Shown here one piece after another: positions 17,206 through 27,287 of a stretch of 64,000 nt of DNA. Made by a program: the position numbers and the translations under genes. This DNA comes from Limisphaerales bacterium (GTDB lineage: Bacteria > Verrucomicrobiota > Verrucomicrobiia > Limisphaerales > AAA164-E04), in the NCBI GenBank assembly GCA_965221075.1, contig OZ244865.1:2539605-2603604 (forward strand), given 5' to 3'. The first letter of the stretch is position 1, and each line of letters starts with the position of its first letter. The notes beneath the pieces were generated by a model that worked only from the letters and a program-made list of their open reading frames with translations, did not search any database and was not told the origin of the DNA.

Positions 17206-18271
17206 GGAAAGCGAACTGGAGGAGCATCGCAAGGAGATCGATGCCCTCGATTCCCGGATCGTCGATCTGCTCAACCAGCGCACCCGCCACGTCCTGGAGA
17301 TAGGCCGCATCAAGCAGGATATCGGAGGCAGCATCTACGCCCCCCACCGCGAGCTCTCGGTCATGGAGAAGGTGGAGGGCATCAACCAGGGGCCGATCCC
17401 CAACCGCTGCCTGCGCGCCATCTACCGGGAGGTCATGTCCAGCGCCCTCTCCCTCGAGAAGCCGATGTCCATCGCCTTCCTGGGCCCGGTGGCCACCTTC
17501 ACCCACCAGGCCGCCATCAGCCGCTTCGGCCACAGCCTCGACTACCACCCCATGAAGACCATCGACTCGGTGTTCACCGAGGTGGCCAAGGGGCTGGCCG
17601 ACTACGGCGTGGTTCCGGTGGAGAACTCCACCGAGGGCGTGGTCTCCAACACCCTGGACATGTTCGTGGACAGCTCGATCCAGATCGTGGCCCAGATCAT
17701 CATGCCCATCCGCCACTGCCTGGTCTCCTCGGGCCGCATCGGAGGGATCGCCACCCTCTACTCGCACCCCCAGGCCCTGGGACAATGCCATACCTGGATC
17801 CAGGCGCACTTCTCCCGGGTGGAGATCATCGAGACCTCCTCCACCACCCGGGCCGCCGAGCTGGCCGCCGGCAACGCCGAGGCCGCCGCCATCTCCAGCG
17901 CTCTGGCCGCCGAGCAGTACGGGCTGGAGATTCTGGAGTCGGACATCCAGGACCACGAGGCCAACATCACCCGCTTCCTGGTGCTGGGCACCAGGTGCAG
18001 CCCCCCCACCGGCAAGGACCGCACCAGCCTGATGTGCCGGATCACCCACAAGGTAGGGGCCCTGCACCGCGCCCTGGCTCCCTTCCAGAGGCACCGGGTC
18101 AACCTGACCAAGATCGAGTCCCGCCCCAGCAAGCGCAAGGCCTGGGAGTACTTCTTCTTCATCGACATGGACGGGCACATCGAGGACGCCCCCCTGCAGC
18201 AGGCGGTCCGGGAGCTGGAGCAGGAATGCGGGGAGATCAAGTGCCTGGGATCCTATCCTGCCGCTACCTGA
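17159..18271 (+). CDS. pheA: bifunctional chorismate mutase / prephenate dehydratase
   Basis: 370 aa. CM_2 helix (EEHRKEIDALDSRIVDLLNQRTRHVLEIGRIK), PDT (IAFLGPVATFTHQAA, TRFLVLG) and ACT (TSLMCRITHKVGALHRALAPF, ESRPS). The start could be the internal ATG a few codons downstream. Confidence 0.9.
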   Translation: MPRTAAMAPEKTPRLEESELEEHRKEIDALDSRIVDLLNQRTRHVLEIGRIKQDIGGSIYAPHRELSVMEKVEGINQGPIPNRCLRAIYREVMSSALSLEKPMSIAFLGPVATFTHQAAISRFGHSLDYHPMKTIDSVFTEVAKGLADYGVVPVENSTEGVVSNTLDMFVDSSIQIVAQIIMPIRHCLVSSGRIGGIATLYSHPQALGQCHTWIQAHFSRVEIIETSSTTRAAELAAGNAEAAAISSALAAEQYGLEILESDIQDHEANITRFLVLGTRCSPPTGKDRTSLMCRITHKVGALHRALAPFQRHRVNLTKIESRPSKRKAWEYFFFIDMDGHIEDAPLQQAVRELEQECGEIKCLGSYPAAT

Positions 18272-18335
18272 GTGGTTGACTTCCCCCGCCGCGGGGATCC
18301 AGTCTTCCCCTCCCTGCCGGTAGGCAGCTGCCAAA

Positions 18336-19997
18336 ATGTTCGCACATATCCGCAAGCACCAGAAGTGGCTGATGGTGCTGATCATCGCCATCGTGGTGGT
18401 GTCCTTCGTGATCTTCTTCACGCCCAACATCGATCCCATGTCCCTGGCGCAGGGGGAGAGCCGCCAGATCGCCGCGTACATCGACGGCGAGCCGGTGCGG
18501 GTGAAGGAGTTCCAGCAGGCCTACCGCGAGACGGCGCTCAGCTTCTTCCTCCAGTCCGGACGCCTGTTCGATCAGGCCTACAGCGACTCCAGAATGGATC
18601 TTGCCGCCGAAAGGATTCTCCTGGTCGATAGGGCCGAGGAGTTCGGGATCCTCTCCTCCTCCGCAACAGTGGCCAAGTGGACGGTAGAGATGTTCAGCAT
18701 GCCCGGCACCAACCAGGTGATGAGCTTCCAGCGCGACAGGTACGACGGCTTCATGGAGAATGTCCTCCCCAGGCACGGCATGGGGGAGGACGACTGGGAT
18801 CCCTTCGTGCAGAACCAGATCGCCATCTCCCAGGTCTACGACATGGCGGCCCTGCCCGGCGAGCTGGTGGTTCCCCGGGAGGCCGAGCGCGAGTTCGTCC
18901 AGAACCACCGCAAGGCCGAGGTGGAGGCGGTGTTCTTCTCCAAGGACGACTTCACCAACTTCGCCCTGAGCATGGACGGCCTGGGCGCCTTCTACACCAA
19001 CCGGATGGCCATGTACCGCAAGCCGGACGAGCGCAGCCTCCACTACATCCGGCTAGCCTCCACCAACTACCTGGCCCAGGCCGAGAGCCGCCTCTCGGAA
19101 CGGACCAACCTGACCGAGATGATCGACGCCATCTGGAAGGAGAAGGGCACCAACTCGTTCACCGAGAACGGAATCGTGCTTTCCGAGGAGGATGCGAAGG
19201 AGAAGATCCGGGGCGAGGAGCTGGAGACCGAGGGCCAGCAGCTGGCCTGGGAGGCGGCCAACCAGTTCATCCGCAAGCTCTCGGAGATCGACGGACTCGA
19301 GGCGGAGCAGCTGCCGAAGCTGGCCGAGGAGGAAGGCTACGAGGCGAAGAAGACCCCGTTCTTCAACCGCCAGCAGCTGATCCCCGACATCGCCGGGGAC
19401 TACTCCTTCACCCAGGCCGCCTACGCCCTGACGCCCGAGGCGCCCTTCACCATGCCCATGCGGGGCAGGGACGGGGTGTACGTGGTGGCGCTCGACTCGA
19501 TCAAGGAGAGCGAGGTGCCGCCCCTGGAGGAGATCCGCGCCCAGGTGCAGCAGGACTACCTGGACGACAACGCCCTGACCTCCAGCCGGACCGCCGCCGA
19601 GGACTTCCTCCAGGAACTCGCCGCCCACATGGAGGAGGGGCTCTCCTTCGGGGAGGCAAGCGGGAAGATCGGCAGGGAGGTGGTGCCGCTGCCGCCCTTC
19701 TCCTCCCGAGACGCCCGGCTGCCCGACGGGGATCCCCGTGCCGACTTCCAGGCCCTGAAGCGCGAAGCCTTCGCCATGAGGGAGAACGAGCCCAGCGATG
19801 CGATACACACCCGGGACGGAGCCATGGTCCTCCAGGTCGTCCGCTTCACCGACCCCTCCCAGGAAGACATCGATTCCGGCCTACCCGACACCATGAAGAC
19901 CCTGCGGCAGTCCCGGCGCGCCACGGCGATCCGGGCCTGGATCCAGAAGGAGTCGGCCGCCATCCAGCTGTTCTCCTCGCAGGAGGAGGCCAACTAG
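18336..19997 (+). CDS. periplasmic chaperone, PpiD/SurA_N-like, membrane anchored
   Basis: 553 aa. MFAHIRKHQKWLMVLIIAIVVVSFVIFF is the typical PpiD N-terminal anchor. I see no clear parvulin catalytic motif. Confidence 0.7.
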   Translation: MFAHIRKHQKWLMVLIIAIVVVSFVIFFTPNIDPMSLAQGESRQIAAYIDGEPVRVKEFQQAYRETALSFFLQSGRLFDQAYSDSRMDLAAERILLVDRAEEFGILSSSATVAKWTVEMFSMPGTNQVMSFQRDRYDGFMENVLPRHGMGEDDWDPFVQNQIAISQVYDMAALPGELVVPREAEREFVQNHRKAEVEAVFFSKDDFTNFALSMDGLGAFYTNRMAMYRKPDERSLHYIRLASTNYLAQAESRLSERTNLTEMIDAIWKEKGTNSFTENGIVLSEEDAKEKIRGEELETEGQQLAWEAANQFIRKLSEIDGLEAEQLPKLAEEEGYEAKKTPFFNRQQLIPDIAGDYSFTQAAYALTPEAPFTMPMRGRDGVYVVALDSIKESEVPPLEEIRAQVQQDYLDDNALTSSRTAAEDFLQELAAHMEEGLSFGEASGKIGREVVPLPPFSSRDARLPDGDPRADFQALKREAFAMRENEPSDAIHTRDGAMVLQVVRFTDPSQEDIDSGLPDTMKTLRQSRRATAIRAWIQKESAAIQLFSSQEEAN

Positions 19998-20402
19998 GGC
20001 CCGCCGGACCCTACTCCATCCATCGGCTGCGCCGGGGGGCTCCAAGCCGGACGGAACGCCGCCACGAAGACCAGCAGGAGGCCCTGGGCCGCCGAATCCG
20101 CTGGAAGCTGGACATTCCGGGCCGCCCCCACGAAGCGGGCCGCGCTTGTTGGACTGGAGAGTCCCCCGCGGCTCCAGGCGAGCTCCGCCGCGACCCCCTA
20201 TCGCTGTGCGCACCGCAGGGAACGGCCCGGACGCCATCGCCTTTCAGGTCCCGCCGGCCGGAAGCCGTTCTATCCAGTCACGTCCATCCCGGCCCAGTAG
20301 CGGGCGATCCGATCGGCCGACGCTGCCGATTCCACAGGCGGCAGCTGCAGCCTGCGCCCGTCAAGCATGCGGGCGCAGGCTTCGCCGCAGCACGGGCCGG
20401 GC

Positions 20403-21377
20403 CTAGTAGTAGCGGATGAACCCCTTCTTTCTGAGGGTCGAGATCCACTGCTGCTGCAGCCTGTTCCTCTCCTCGGCCAGGAGAGCGATCTCGATGTCCT
20501 CACGAACCTCGGAGAGGGGCCGGGGCTCGGGCGGCTTCCGATCCTGCACATGCATCAGATAGCATCCTTCCTGCATGTTGATCACTTCGCTCATGCCGCC
20601 CTTTTCGATGGAGAAGGCCGCCTGGGCCAGATCCTCCCGGAGAACCGTCCTCTCCACCCAGCCCCAGTCGCCTCCTTCGGACCGGCGCACTCCGTCGTCG
20701 TAGACCGAGGCCATGTCGGAGAAGGAGCTTCCTTCCAGGATCTTCCTTCGGACCTCGCCGAGCAGCGAGGGGGCATGCCCTGCGTCGTTGGGGAGGTGGG
20801 CGATGAAGATCATCCACAGCCTCACCCTCTCGCCCAGCATGTACTTCTCCTGGTTCTCACGGTAGTAGCGCTCGATCTCGTTGGGCGAGATCAGGACCAC
20901 CGAGTTGACCTTGGAGGAGGTCAGGGCGTCGACGATGATCTGCTTGCGCAGCTCCCGCCTCCACGACTCGTAGGTGCTTCCCCGGGCGATGATCGTCTGG
21001 GTGAGGGTCCTCCGGTCCCCGTACTCCCTGCGGATCCGATCCTGCACCTGATCCTCGATCACGCTTTCGGGCAGCGTGTACCCCTTGGTCTCGAACTCGT
21101 CGTGGATCAGCTGGCGGTCGATCAGGATCTCCAGGTACTGCTGCCGCAGCTCGTTGACCTTCTGCCGGAACGTCGCCGGATCGCTGCGGTGCTGGCGGAA
21201 CAGCTGCTCCTCCAGCATGGCCGTCCTCTCCTTGATGTCGTCCACCGTGATGGGGGTGTCGTTGACCATCGCCACCAGCCCGTTGGCCCACTCGGGAGAA
21301 GCGCCGCGGACCGGGCAGGACGCCGCCAGGAGCAGGGCCAGGACGGATAGATGCTTGGCCGGCAGGAACGCCTTCAT
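20403..21377 (-). CDS. SurA-like peptidyl-prolyl isomerase (parvulin type), secreted
   Basis: 324 aa with a signal peptide (MKAFLPAKHLSVLALLLAASC). SurA_N-like region (VAMVNDTPITVDDIKERT) and a PpiC-type rotamase region (FSDMASVYDDG...GDWGWV). Confidence 0.75.
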   Translation of the reverse strand: MKAFLPAKHLSVLALLLAASCPVRGASPEWANGLVAMVNDTPITVDDIKERTAMLEEQLFRQHRSDPATFRQKVNELRQQYLEILIDRQLIHDEFETKGYTLPESVIEDQVQDRIRREYGDRRTLTQTIIARGSTYESWRRELRKQIIVDALTSSKVNSVVLISPNEIERYYRENQEKYMLGERVRLWMIFIAHLPNDAGHAPSLLGEVRRKILEGSSFSDMASVYDDGVRRSEGGDWGWVERTVLREDLAQAAFSIEKGGMSEVINMQEGCYLMHVQDRKPPEPRPLSEVREDIEIALLAEERNRLQQQWISTLRKKGFIRYY

Positions 21378-22365
21378 CGGCCCGCCATGCTAGCCGCTGC
21401 CGGTCCGTCCAGCGACTACAACTTTGCTGCCTCCAGCGGGCGGAGAATTGGCGGGGACCCGCTTCCTCGCAGCGCGATTCCGGAGCTTCGGCCGGCCAGG
21501 GCCCCGTTGGATACCGCCTCAAGGGCCCGCCAGGGGCGGCTCCCGCCCGTCTCCTCGCCCACGGACCGGCCGTCCAGACCGCCCGCCGTGCCTCGAAGCT
21601 GCTGCCTCGGGACAGCCATCCCGGCCCGGTAGCCGCCTGTCCGCCTGGGATGGCGGACAGCCTTCGGGGATCCGTGCGGGATGCCCTCCCCGCCCGTCCG
21701 TCGGAAAGTGCGATCCGGACCTGGCTGTCGGCGTGGCGAAACGAAGACGTGAACCAACGGGAAAGCGTTCCGGCAGCGCCCGATCCCTCCTGTCCCTCTC
21801 CATTCCAACGCCAGATCGGGCAGGAGCCTGCCGGAAACCGGGAAACCGTCGAGAGACAGATCCGGGACAGCCGCTCGACTCTCCGGAAGACGGAAAAAAC
21901 CTGGCGTGCCGGAGCGCTCTCTTCGCTACAGAGGACATAGGCAGATGCGCTTCTGCATTTTCCGGCAGGCCCCAGAGCACCACGGCCTGGCGAGGGAAGC
22001 GGGCCGCAGCCGAATGCGAACCGGATGCGGCCGCTTCATTCGCCGATAGCGGCCCGGCCCCACCGAAGAACGAAGACCGGCCCCCCGGCTTCCATGCGAG
22101 GGGAACTGCCGAATCGAGACAATATGCCACATATGACACATTGAGCATAAACGACACAATAAGCGAGTCGTTTTGGCTCGCTTCAGGCATTCGTGCGGGC
22201 GGAGACAGTTTTAAAGGACAAGGCTATCTTATTGATGGCCAGCATTTTGCATGACACCTGTTCCCATTGGCACGGTTCCTGATGGTATCAATGGCGACGG
22301 GGCCGCTCCGGAAGGCCGGGTGCGGCCGGCAGCTTGAACTGAAACCAGCAGCTAGGAGAACTGAC

Positions 22366-22821
22366 ATGAACACGCTAGTCCGATTCCGCCAGCCCGCCTG
22401 GAACCTGTTCCGGGAGATGGACAACCTGAGCTTCCCCCTGGGGCTCTTCCAGAAGATGAGGGAGGAGGCCGACGAGCGGAGCGCCCAGTCCGAGTGGACG
22501 CCCCTGGTCGACATCACCGAGAAGGAGGACGCCTTCCTGCTCAAGGCTGAGCTTCCCGCGATGAGCCGGGAGGACATCGCCCTGAAGGTCGACAACGGGG
22601 TGCTCACCCTCTCGGGAGAGCGCGGCTCCGAGGCCGAGAGCAAGGAGAGCAAGGTCCACCGGGTGGAGCGCTACCACGGGAGCTTCCTGCGCTCCTTCGT
22701 GATCCCCGAGAACGTGGATGCGTCCCGGGTCTCCGCCCGCTACAAGGACGGAGTCCTGGAGGTAACCCTGCCCAAGGTGCCCGAGGCCCAGCCCTCCACC
22801 GTCAAGATAGCGGTGGAGTAG
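22366..22821 (+). CDS. Hsp20/alpha-crystallin small heat-shock protein
   Basis: 151 aa from ATG 22366, with AGGAGA 7 nt upstream. WTPLVDITEKEDAFLLKAELPAMSREDIALKVDNGVLTLSGER...GSFLRSFVIPENVD...YKDGVLEVTLPK. Confidence 0.92.
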   Translation: MNTLVRFRQPAWNLFREMDNLSFPLGLFQKMREEADERSAQSEWTPLVDITEKEDAFLLKAELPAMSREDIALKVDNGVLTLSGERGSEAESKESKVHRVERYHGSFLRSFVIPENVDASRVSARYKDGVLEVTLPKVPEAQPSTVKIAVE

Positions 22822-22862
22822 GCCTCGTGAGCCTGGACTTCCCTCCGGGGGGAGAGAACTTC

Positions 22863-22897
22863 GGCGCCGTCCGGGAGACCGGGCGGCGCCTTTTTTT
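22863..22897 (+). terminator. Rho-independent terminator of hsp20
   Basis: GGCGCCGTCCGG-gaga-CCGGGCGGCGCC (12-bp stem with one G:T) followed by TTTTTTT. Confidence 0.8.
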
Positions 22898-23235
22898 CAG
22901 CCCGGGGGCCATTCCAGGGGCCTTCCCCCCAGGACGTGGCAGTGGAGGTGGGGAACGGACTCTCCCCCGTCGCGGCCGTTGTTGATCACCAGCCGGTAGC
23001 CGTTCTCCTCCAGGCCCAGCTGGCGGGCGGCCCGGGCCGCTCCCAGAAGGAGGTGGCCCAGCAGCTCCCGGTCTTCGGACCCGGCCTCGGCGATGCGGGC
23101 CACGGGCTTCCTGGGCACCACCAGGACATGGACCGGGGCCTGGGGATTGATGTCCCGGAAGGCCAGGATCCGGTCGTCCTCGAGCACTATCTCCGCCTCG
23201 ATCTCCCGGGCGGCTATCTTCTCGAACAGGGTCAT
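22897..23235 (-). CDS. HIT-family (histidine triad) nucleotide hydrolase
   Basis: 112 aa from ATG 23235 (MTLFEKIAAREI). HVLVVPRK and the histidine triad HLHCHVLGG. Confidence 0.9.
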   Translation of the reverse strand: MTLFEKIAAREIEAEIVLEDDRILAFRDINPQAPVHVLVVPRKPVARIAEAGSEDRELLGHLLLGAARAARQLGLEENGYRLVINNGRDGGESVPHLHCHVLGGRPLEWPPG

Positions 23236-23312
23236 CCTCGCTTTCTCCTTCGTGGCGCTCCTCCCCGGGGGGAAGGACGGACGCATATCGGGCGGACCGG
23301 CGGGCCGCTCCC

Positions 23313-23846
23313 CTAGCTCTTCACCAGGAGGACGCAGTCGGAGAGGGCGTGGGCCTGGAAGCAGTCCCGCAGGTAGTTGGCGATCTGATCGTGGAGCAGC
23401 TGGCACCTGCGGGTCCAGCGCCGGGCCCCCAGCACACGCTTGACGCACCCGCGGAGTCCCTGGAAGTGCACCTCGTCGGGCCGGCCCTCCAGGAGCCCCT
23501 CGATCTTCCGGCGGACCCGCAGGCAGAGATCCATCTCCAGGCTCTCCTCCGTTCCGGCGAGCAGGTCGTTGAGGTCGGAGCTGACGATCCGGCACTCCTT
23601 CGGGGAGGCCTGGACCACCGACTTGAGCCCCTTCTCCAGCGCCCGGGCGAACTCCTCCAGGGTGATGCACACCCTCTCCTCCTCCCGGAAGAAGTGGAGC
23701 ACCGCCTCGGAGACGCTGCGCAGCACATGATCGTCCGCCCAGTCGACCGCCGAGGAGAGCTCGGCGGCCATCTGCTGGGCCGAGCACATCACCACGCTCC
23801 CGTCATCCGCCTTGATGACGAGGCAATCGGGCCGGGGGGAGTTCAT
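23313..23846 (-). CDS. hypothetical protein
   Basis: 177-aa ORF with backbone-like codon usage and no motif recognised. Confidence 0.5.
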   Translation of the reverse strand: MNSPRPDCLVIKADDGSVVMCSAQQMAAELSSAVDWADDHVLRSVSEAVLHFFREEERVCITLEEFARALEKGLKSVVQASPKECRIVSSDLNDLLAGTEESLEMDLCLRVRRKIEGLLEGRPDEVHFQGLRGCVKRVLGARRWTRRCQLLHDQIANYLRDCFQAHALSDCVLLVKS

Positions 23847-23908
23847 GGGAGGTTCCGGAATCTCGGAGGGATTGTCCGGGCCCGGTGCGCCTCCGTCAAG
23901 GTATCAAG

Positions 23909-25000
23909 TCATCCGAAGCGGCGATCCAGCCTTCCCTGGTGGTAGCGGCCGCGCTGCTCGGAGGTCATGGAGGGGAAGTCGGGGCTCCGGGATCCCCGGT
24001 CGGCCCTGAGCCAGGGATCGGTGATCTGCGCGTCCTCCTGCAGAGAGCGCCAGGGCCGGATCCCGAGCCCCTGGAGGATGCCGTGGTAGGCGTGGACCGC
24101 CTCCAGAGGGCCGACCCGCTGATCCGCCACCTGGCGCAGCATCTCGATGAAGCCCGGCTGGTGCTCGGCATGGTTGATCTTCCGGCCGAACAGGGCCACC
24201 CGGGCCCCGTGCCTCTGCGCCTCCCGGATCAGCAGGAAGGCGTCGTGGGAGGTGCCTGCGCCGCCTCCCAGGATCCCGACCACCAGCTGCGGATCGTATC
24301 CCGCCAGCTCCTCCATGGCCCGGGGGCCGTTCCAGGCGATCTTCAGGAACAGCGGGCGGGCCCGGGAGGTGACTCCCGCCAGGCTGCGGACGATGTGGTC
24401 GTTGACGAACTCTCCCAGGCTCCCGTCCGGAACCCCCGAGGGGACGTTGGGATTGAACACCTCCAGAAAGTAGCGGAAGCCGAGCGACTCGGCCTCCTGG
24501 CGGAAGCTGCGGAAGGCCTCCAGGCTCTCCCGGTCGCGCTCCAGGTCGTTGACGAAGGTGATGGAGTAGAGCCCCAGGCCGGCGCCCGGCACGGGGCCCT
24601 CGCCGCACCGGTCCCGCCCGCAGCGGATGCCTTCCAGGGTGGCCGAGCGGAAGGGGCGCGAGGCCTGCTGCAGGTAGCGCCCGTGGCGGACGGCCCAGAT
24701 ATCGGTGGCGTCGTTGACCCGTGCGGCGGGCGTCACCGGGGAGCCTTCGAATATCCCCTCCTCGATCGCCAGCCGCTCGTTGACCGAGGCCGACATCAGC
24801 ATGATATCCACCAGGGACCGGCCGACGATCTCCCGGATCTGGTCGAGGAACTGGGGCAGGTCGCGCCAGCCGCCCTCACGGCGGGGGCCCGTGGCCCGGA
24901 TGCCGAAGGCCATGTCGGGATCCTTGGCGTCGGCGATCACGAACTCCCGCTGCCCCCTCCCCGACAGGATCGCCGCCAGCCTTCTGTCGAGGGACTTCAC
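23909..25000 (-). CDS. aldolase-like TIM-barrel protein (class I aldolase / Cgl0159-like), function uncertain
   Basis: 363 aa. FVIADAKDPDM, DIMLMSAS, FLEVFNPN, LFLKIAWNG, VVGILGGGAGTSHDAFLLI resemble DhnA/LacD-type aldolase strands. It lies immediately downstream of the BMC operon. Confidence 0.45.
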   Translation of the reverse strand: MKSLDRRLAAILSGRGQREFVIADAKDPDMAFGIRATGPRREGGWRDLPQFLDQIREIVGRSLVDIMLMSASVNERLAIEEGIFEGSPVTPAARVNDATDIWAVRHGRYLQQASRPFRSATLEGIRCGRDRCGEGPVPGAGLGLYSITFVNDLERDRESLEAFRSFRQEAESLGFRYFLEVFNPNVPSGVPDGSLGEFVNDHIVRSLAGVTSRARPLFLKIAWNGPRAMEELAGYDPQLVVGILGGGAGTSHDAFLLIREAQRHGARVALFGRKINHAEHQPGFIEMLRQVADQRVGPLEAVHAYHGILQGLGIRPWRSLQEDAQITDPWLRADRGSRSPDFPSMTSEQRGRYHQGRLDRRFG

Positions 25001-25018
25001 CGGAGCCGGTTGGGGAGA

Positions 25019-25963
25019 TCAACGGCCGGTTCCGGCCTGCCGGCGGGCCGCCTCCAGGTTCTCCTTGAGGGCGGCGGCCGACTTCTGCAGGCCGGTGGCC
25101 TCCCGGGGCCAGAGCTTGAGCTCGAGGTGGTCCCGGATCCCCTTCCTGCCCACCACCGCGGGGACGCTCAGGCTGATGTCCCGGATGCCGTAGGCCCCCT
25201 CCAGCCGGGAGGAGACCGGGAGCACCCGCATGCTGTCCAGGGCGACGGCGTGGATCACCTCGGCGATGGACAGGGCCACCGCCCATCCGGCCCCTCCCTT
25301 CCTGCCGATCACCTCCGCCCCGCTCTTGCGGGTGCGCTCGAAGATCCGGCTCTGGAAGGCGGGGGTGCAGCCCCGGACCTCGGCCAGCGGCAGCCCCTGC
25401 AGGGTGGCGCTCGACCACACCGGCAGCATGGTGTCCCCGTGCTCCCCGAGGATCCAGGCCCGCACCTGGGAGGGGGGCAGATCCAGCTCCTGGGCGATCA
25501 GCGAGGAGAACCGGGCGGTGTCGAGCATGGTGCCCAGCCCCAGCACCTGCGGGCGGGGCAGGTCCAGCGTTTCGCCGGCCAGATGGGTGAGGATGTCCAC
25601 GGGGTTGGAGACCACCAGGACCACCGCCTGGCGGGAGTATCCCGCGCCCGAGATCCCGCCGAGGATGTCCATGAAGAGGGACACGTTGCGGGCGATCAGA
25701 TCCATCCGGCTCTCGTCGGGCTTGCGCCGCAGCCCGGCGGTGATCAGGAAGAGGTCCGAGTCCGAGGCCTCCTCGTAGCCGCCGGCATGGATCCTCTGGT
25801 CGGCGCACAGGGCGCTTCCGTGGAGCAGATCGAGCGCCTCCCCCTCGGCCATGTCGCGGTTGACGTCGACCAGCTGTATCTCCCTGACGATCCCCCCGGT
25901 CTGCAGGGCGAAGGCGGCGCAGGCCCCCACCCTTCCCCCTCCGCCGATGATGGCGACCTTCAT
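25019..25963 (-). CDS. lactate/malate dehydrogenase family oxidoreductase
   Basis: 314 aa from ATG 25963. MKVAIIGGGGRVGACAAFAL Rossmann motif, VVSNPVD, GEHGDT. ATGA overlap with the upstream aldolase. Confidence 0.88.
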   Translation of the reverse strand: MKVAIIGGGGRVGACAAFALQTGGIVREIQLVDVNRDMAEGEALDLLHGSALCADQRIHAGGYEEASDSDLFLITAGLRRKPDESRMDLIARNVSLFMDILGGISGAGYSRQAVVLVVSNPVDILTHLAGETLDLPRPQVLGLGTMLDTARFSSLIAQELDLPPSQVRAWILGEHGDTMLPVWSSATLQGLPLAEVRGCTPAFQSRIFERTRKSGAEVIGRKGGAGWAVALSIAEVIHAVALDSMRVLPVSSRLEGAYGIRDISLSVPAVVGRKGIRDHLELKLWPREATGLQKSAAALKENLEAARRQAGTGR

Positions 25964-26994
25964 GCCCTGGTCTCCTTCCGCTCCGCGCCCGCCTCCATGC
26001 GCTCCATGATCTCGTCGGTCAGCTTCTGGACCAGATCCTCCAGGCCGCCGGGGCCCGGATCCGGGGCGTCCTTCTCCGGGGGGGGAGGCGCCTGGCATCC
26101 CGCTCCGGGATTCCACTGGTCGTTGTCGCACAGCTCGCACTCCTTGAGGCCGAAGCGGGGGTCGGGGATCCCCATGCCCTCCTTGATCTTCAGTAGATCC
26201 CCGAGCTGGCCGGCGCTCATGGTCTTTAGGGGCGCACCCAGCTGCGAGGCCACCCACACGGTGCGGCAGTAGGCCTCCAGGATCTCCATCTTGAAGTAGG
26301 CGTCCTCGATGCCGAGGTGGCTCCAGGAGACCGCGCCGTGGTTGCCCATCAGGATGGTGTTGTGCTTGTCGGAGAGATCCGCCACCAGCCGTCCCATCTC
26401 GGGCGTCCCCGGAGTCCGGTAGGGGGCGATGGGCACCTTGCCAACGAACACCTCGATCTCGGGGATCATGCAGGTGGGGGGCTCCACCCCGGCCACCGCG
26501 TAGGCGGTGGCGTGCGGCGGATGGCAGTGGACCGTGGCCTTGGCCCGGGGCTGGGCCTTCATGATCTGGAGGTGCATCAGTATCTCGCTGGTGCGCTTCC
26601 TGGTCCCGGCCAGCTGGTTGCCCTCCAGGTCCACCAGGCAGAGGTCCCCGGGCTCCATGAAGCCCTTGGAGACCAGCGTCGGGGTGCAGAGGGCGCGATC
26701 CTCGCCGACCCGGACGGCCATGTTGCCCCCGTTGCCGTCCACATAGGCGCGCTGCCACAGGCGCCGCCCCATCTCGCAGATCCGCTCCTTGGCCTCCTCC
26801 ATCTCACGGGAGTGGAAGAAGCCGCCGTCCCCAGCGGGGGCCGGCGACGGGCTCCCCCCCCTGGGGGCGGCCTCCTTCTGGCGGATCAGATCGCGGGCCA
26901 GGGGGGTCAGGAGGGCGCCCTCGGGAAGCGAGGCGAGCGGCTTGCCCTCCTTGAGCCACGACTCCACGTCCTTGGCGCTCAGGACCGTCTTCAT
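25960..26994 (-). CDS. class II aldolase (fuculose/rhamnulose-phosphate aldolase-like) with N- and C-terminal extensions
   Basis: 344 aa from ATG 26994. Core GNGGNMAVR..., TSEILMHLQI, HCHPPHATAYA. C-terminal Pro/Gly linker followed by an amphipathic helix, LEDLVQKLTDEIMERMEAG. Confidence 0.88.
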   Translation of the reverse strand: MKTVLSAKDVESWLKEGKPLASLPEGALLTPLARDLIRQKEAAPRGGSPSPAPAGDGGFFHSREMEEAKERICEMGRRLWQRAYVDGNGGNMAVRVGEDRALCTPTLVSKGFMEPGDLCLVDLEGNQLAGTRKRTSEILMHLQIMKAQPRAKATVHCHPPHATAYAVAGVEPPTCMIPEIEVFVGKVPIAPYRTPGTPEMGRLVADLSDKHNTILMGNHGAVSWSHLGIEDAYFKMEILEAYCRTVWVASQLGAPLKTMSAGQLGDLLKIKEGMGIPDPRFGLKECELCDNDQWNPGAGCQAPPPPEKDAPDPGPGGLEDLVQKLTDEIMERMEAGAERKETRA

Positions 26995-27287
26995 CGGGCG
27001 GGCTGGTGGAAGACGCGGTCGATGATCGCCGCGTTGATGGCGTCCACCGGAACCGGGTTCTCGAAGGGGGCCGACGCCTCCCGGCCCTCCACGTACCCGA
27101 TGCGGGAGCCGAGGTGCGCCCCCAGGCTGTCGTAGACCACCAGGGAGGGCTCCGCTCCCATCGCCCCCTCCCCGGGGCCGCTCCACTGGTCCGGCCCCTC
27201 GGGACTCACCACCAGCCAGCGGGCTCCCTGCAGGCCCGCGGCCACCGACGAGAGGGTGACCCGGCCGACCACCTTTCCGATCCTCAC
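26991..27287 (-). CDS. BMC vertex protein (EutN/CcmL, BMC-P)
   Basis: 98 aa, MRIGKVVGRVTLS..., EutN-like beta-barrel pattern. The most divergent of the three paralogues. Confidence 0.75.
   Translation of the reverse strand: MRIGKVVGRVTLSSVAAGLQGARWLVVSPEGPDQWSGPGEGAMGAEPSLVVYDSLGAHLGSRIGYVEGREASAPFENPVPVDAINAAIIDRVFHQPAR

Noticed and set aside
22268-22282. Sigma-54-like TGGCACGGTTCCTGA upstream of hsp20, and a CTTGAA sigma-32-like hexamer at 22332.
   Set aside because: The -12 element is GA rather than GC. The CTTGAA hexamer is too close to the start codon and has no matching -10. The evidence is insufficient to call a promoter.
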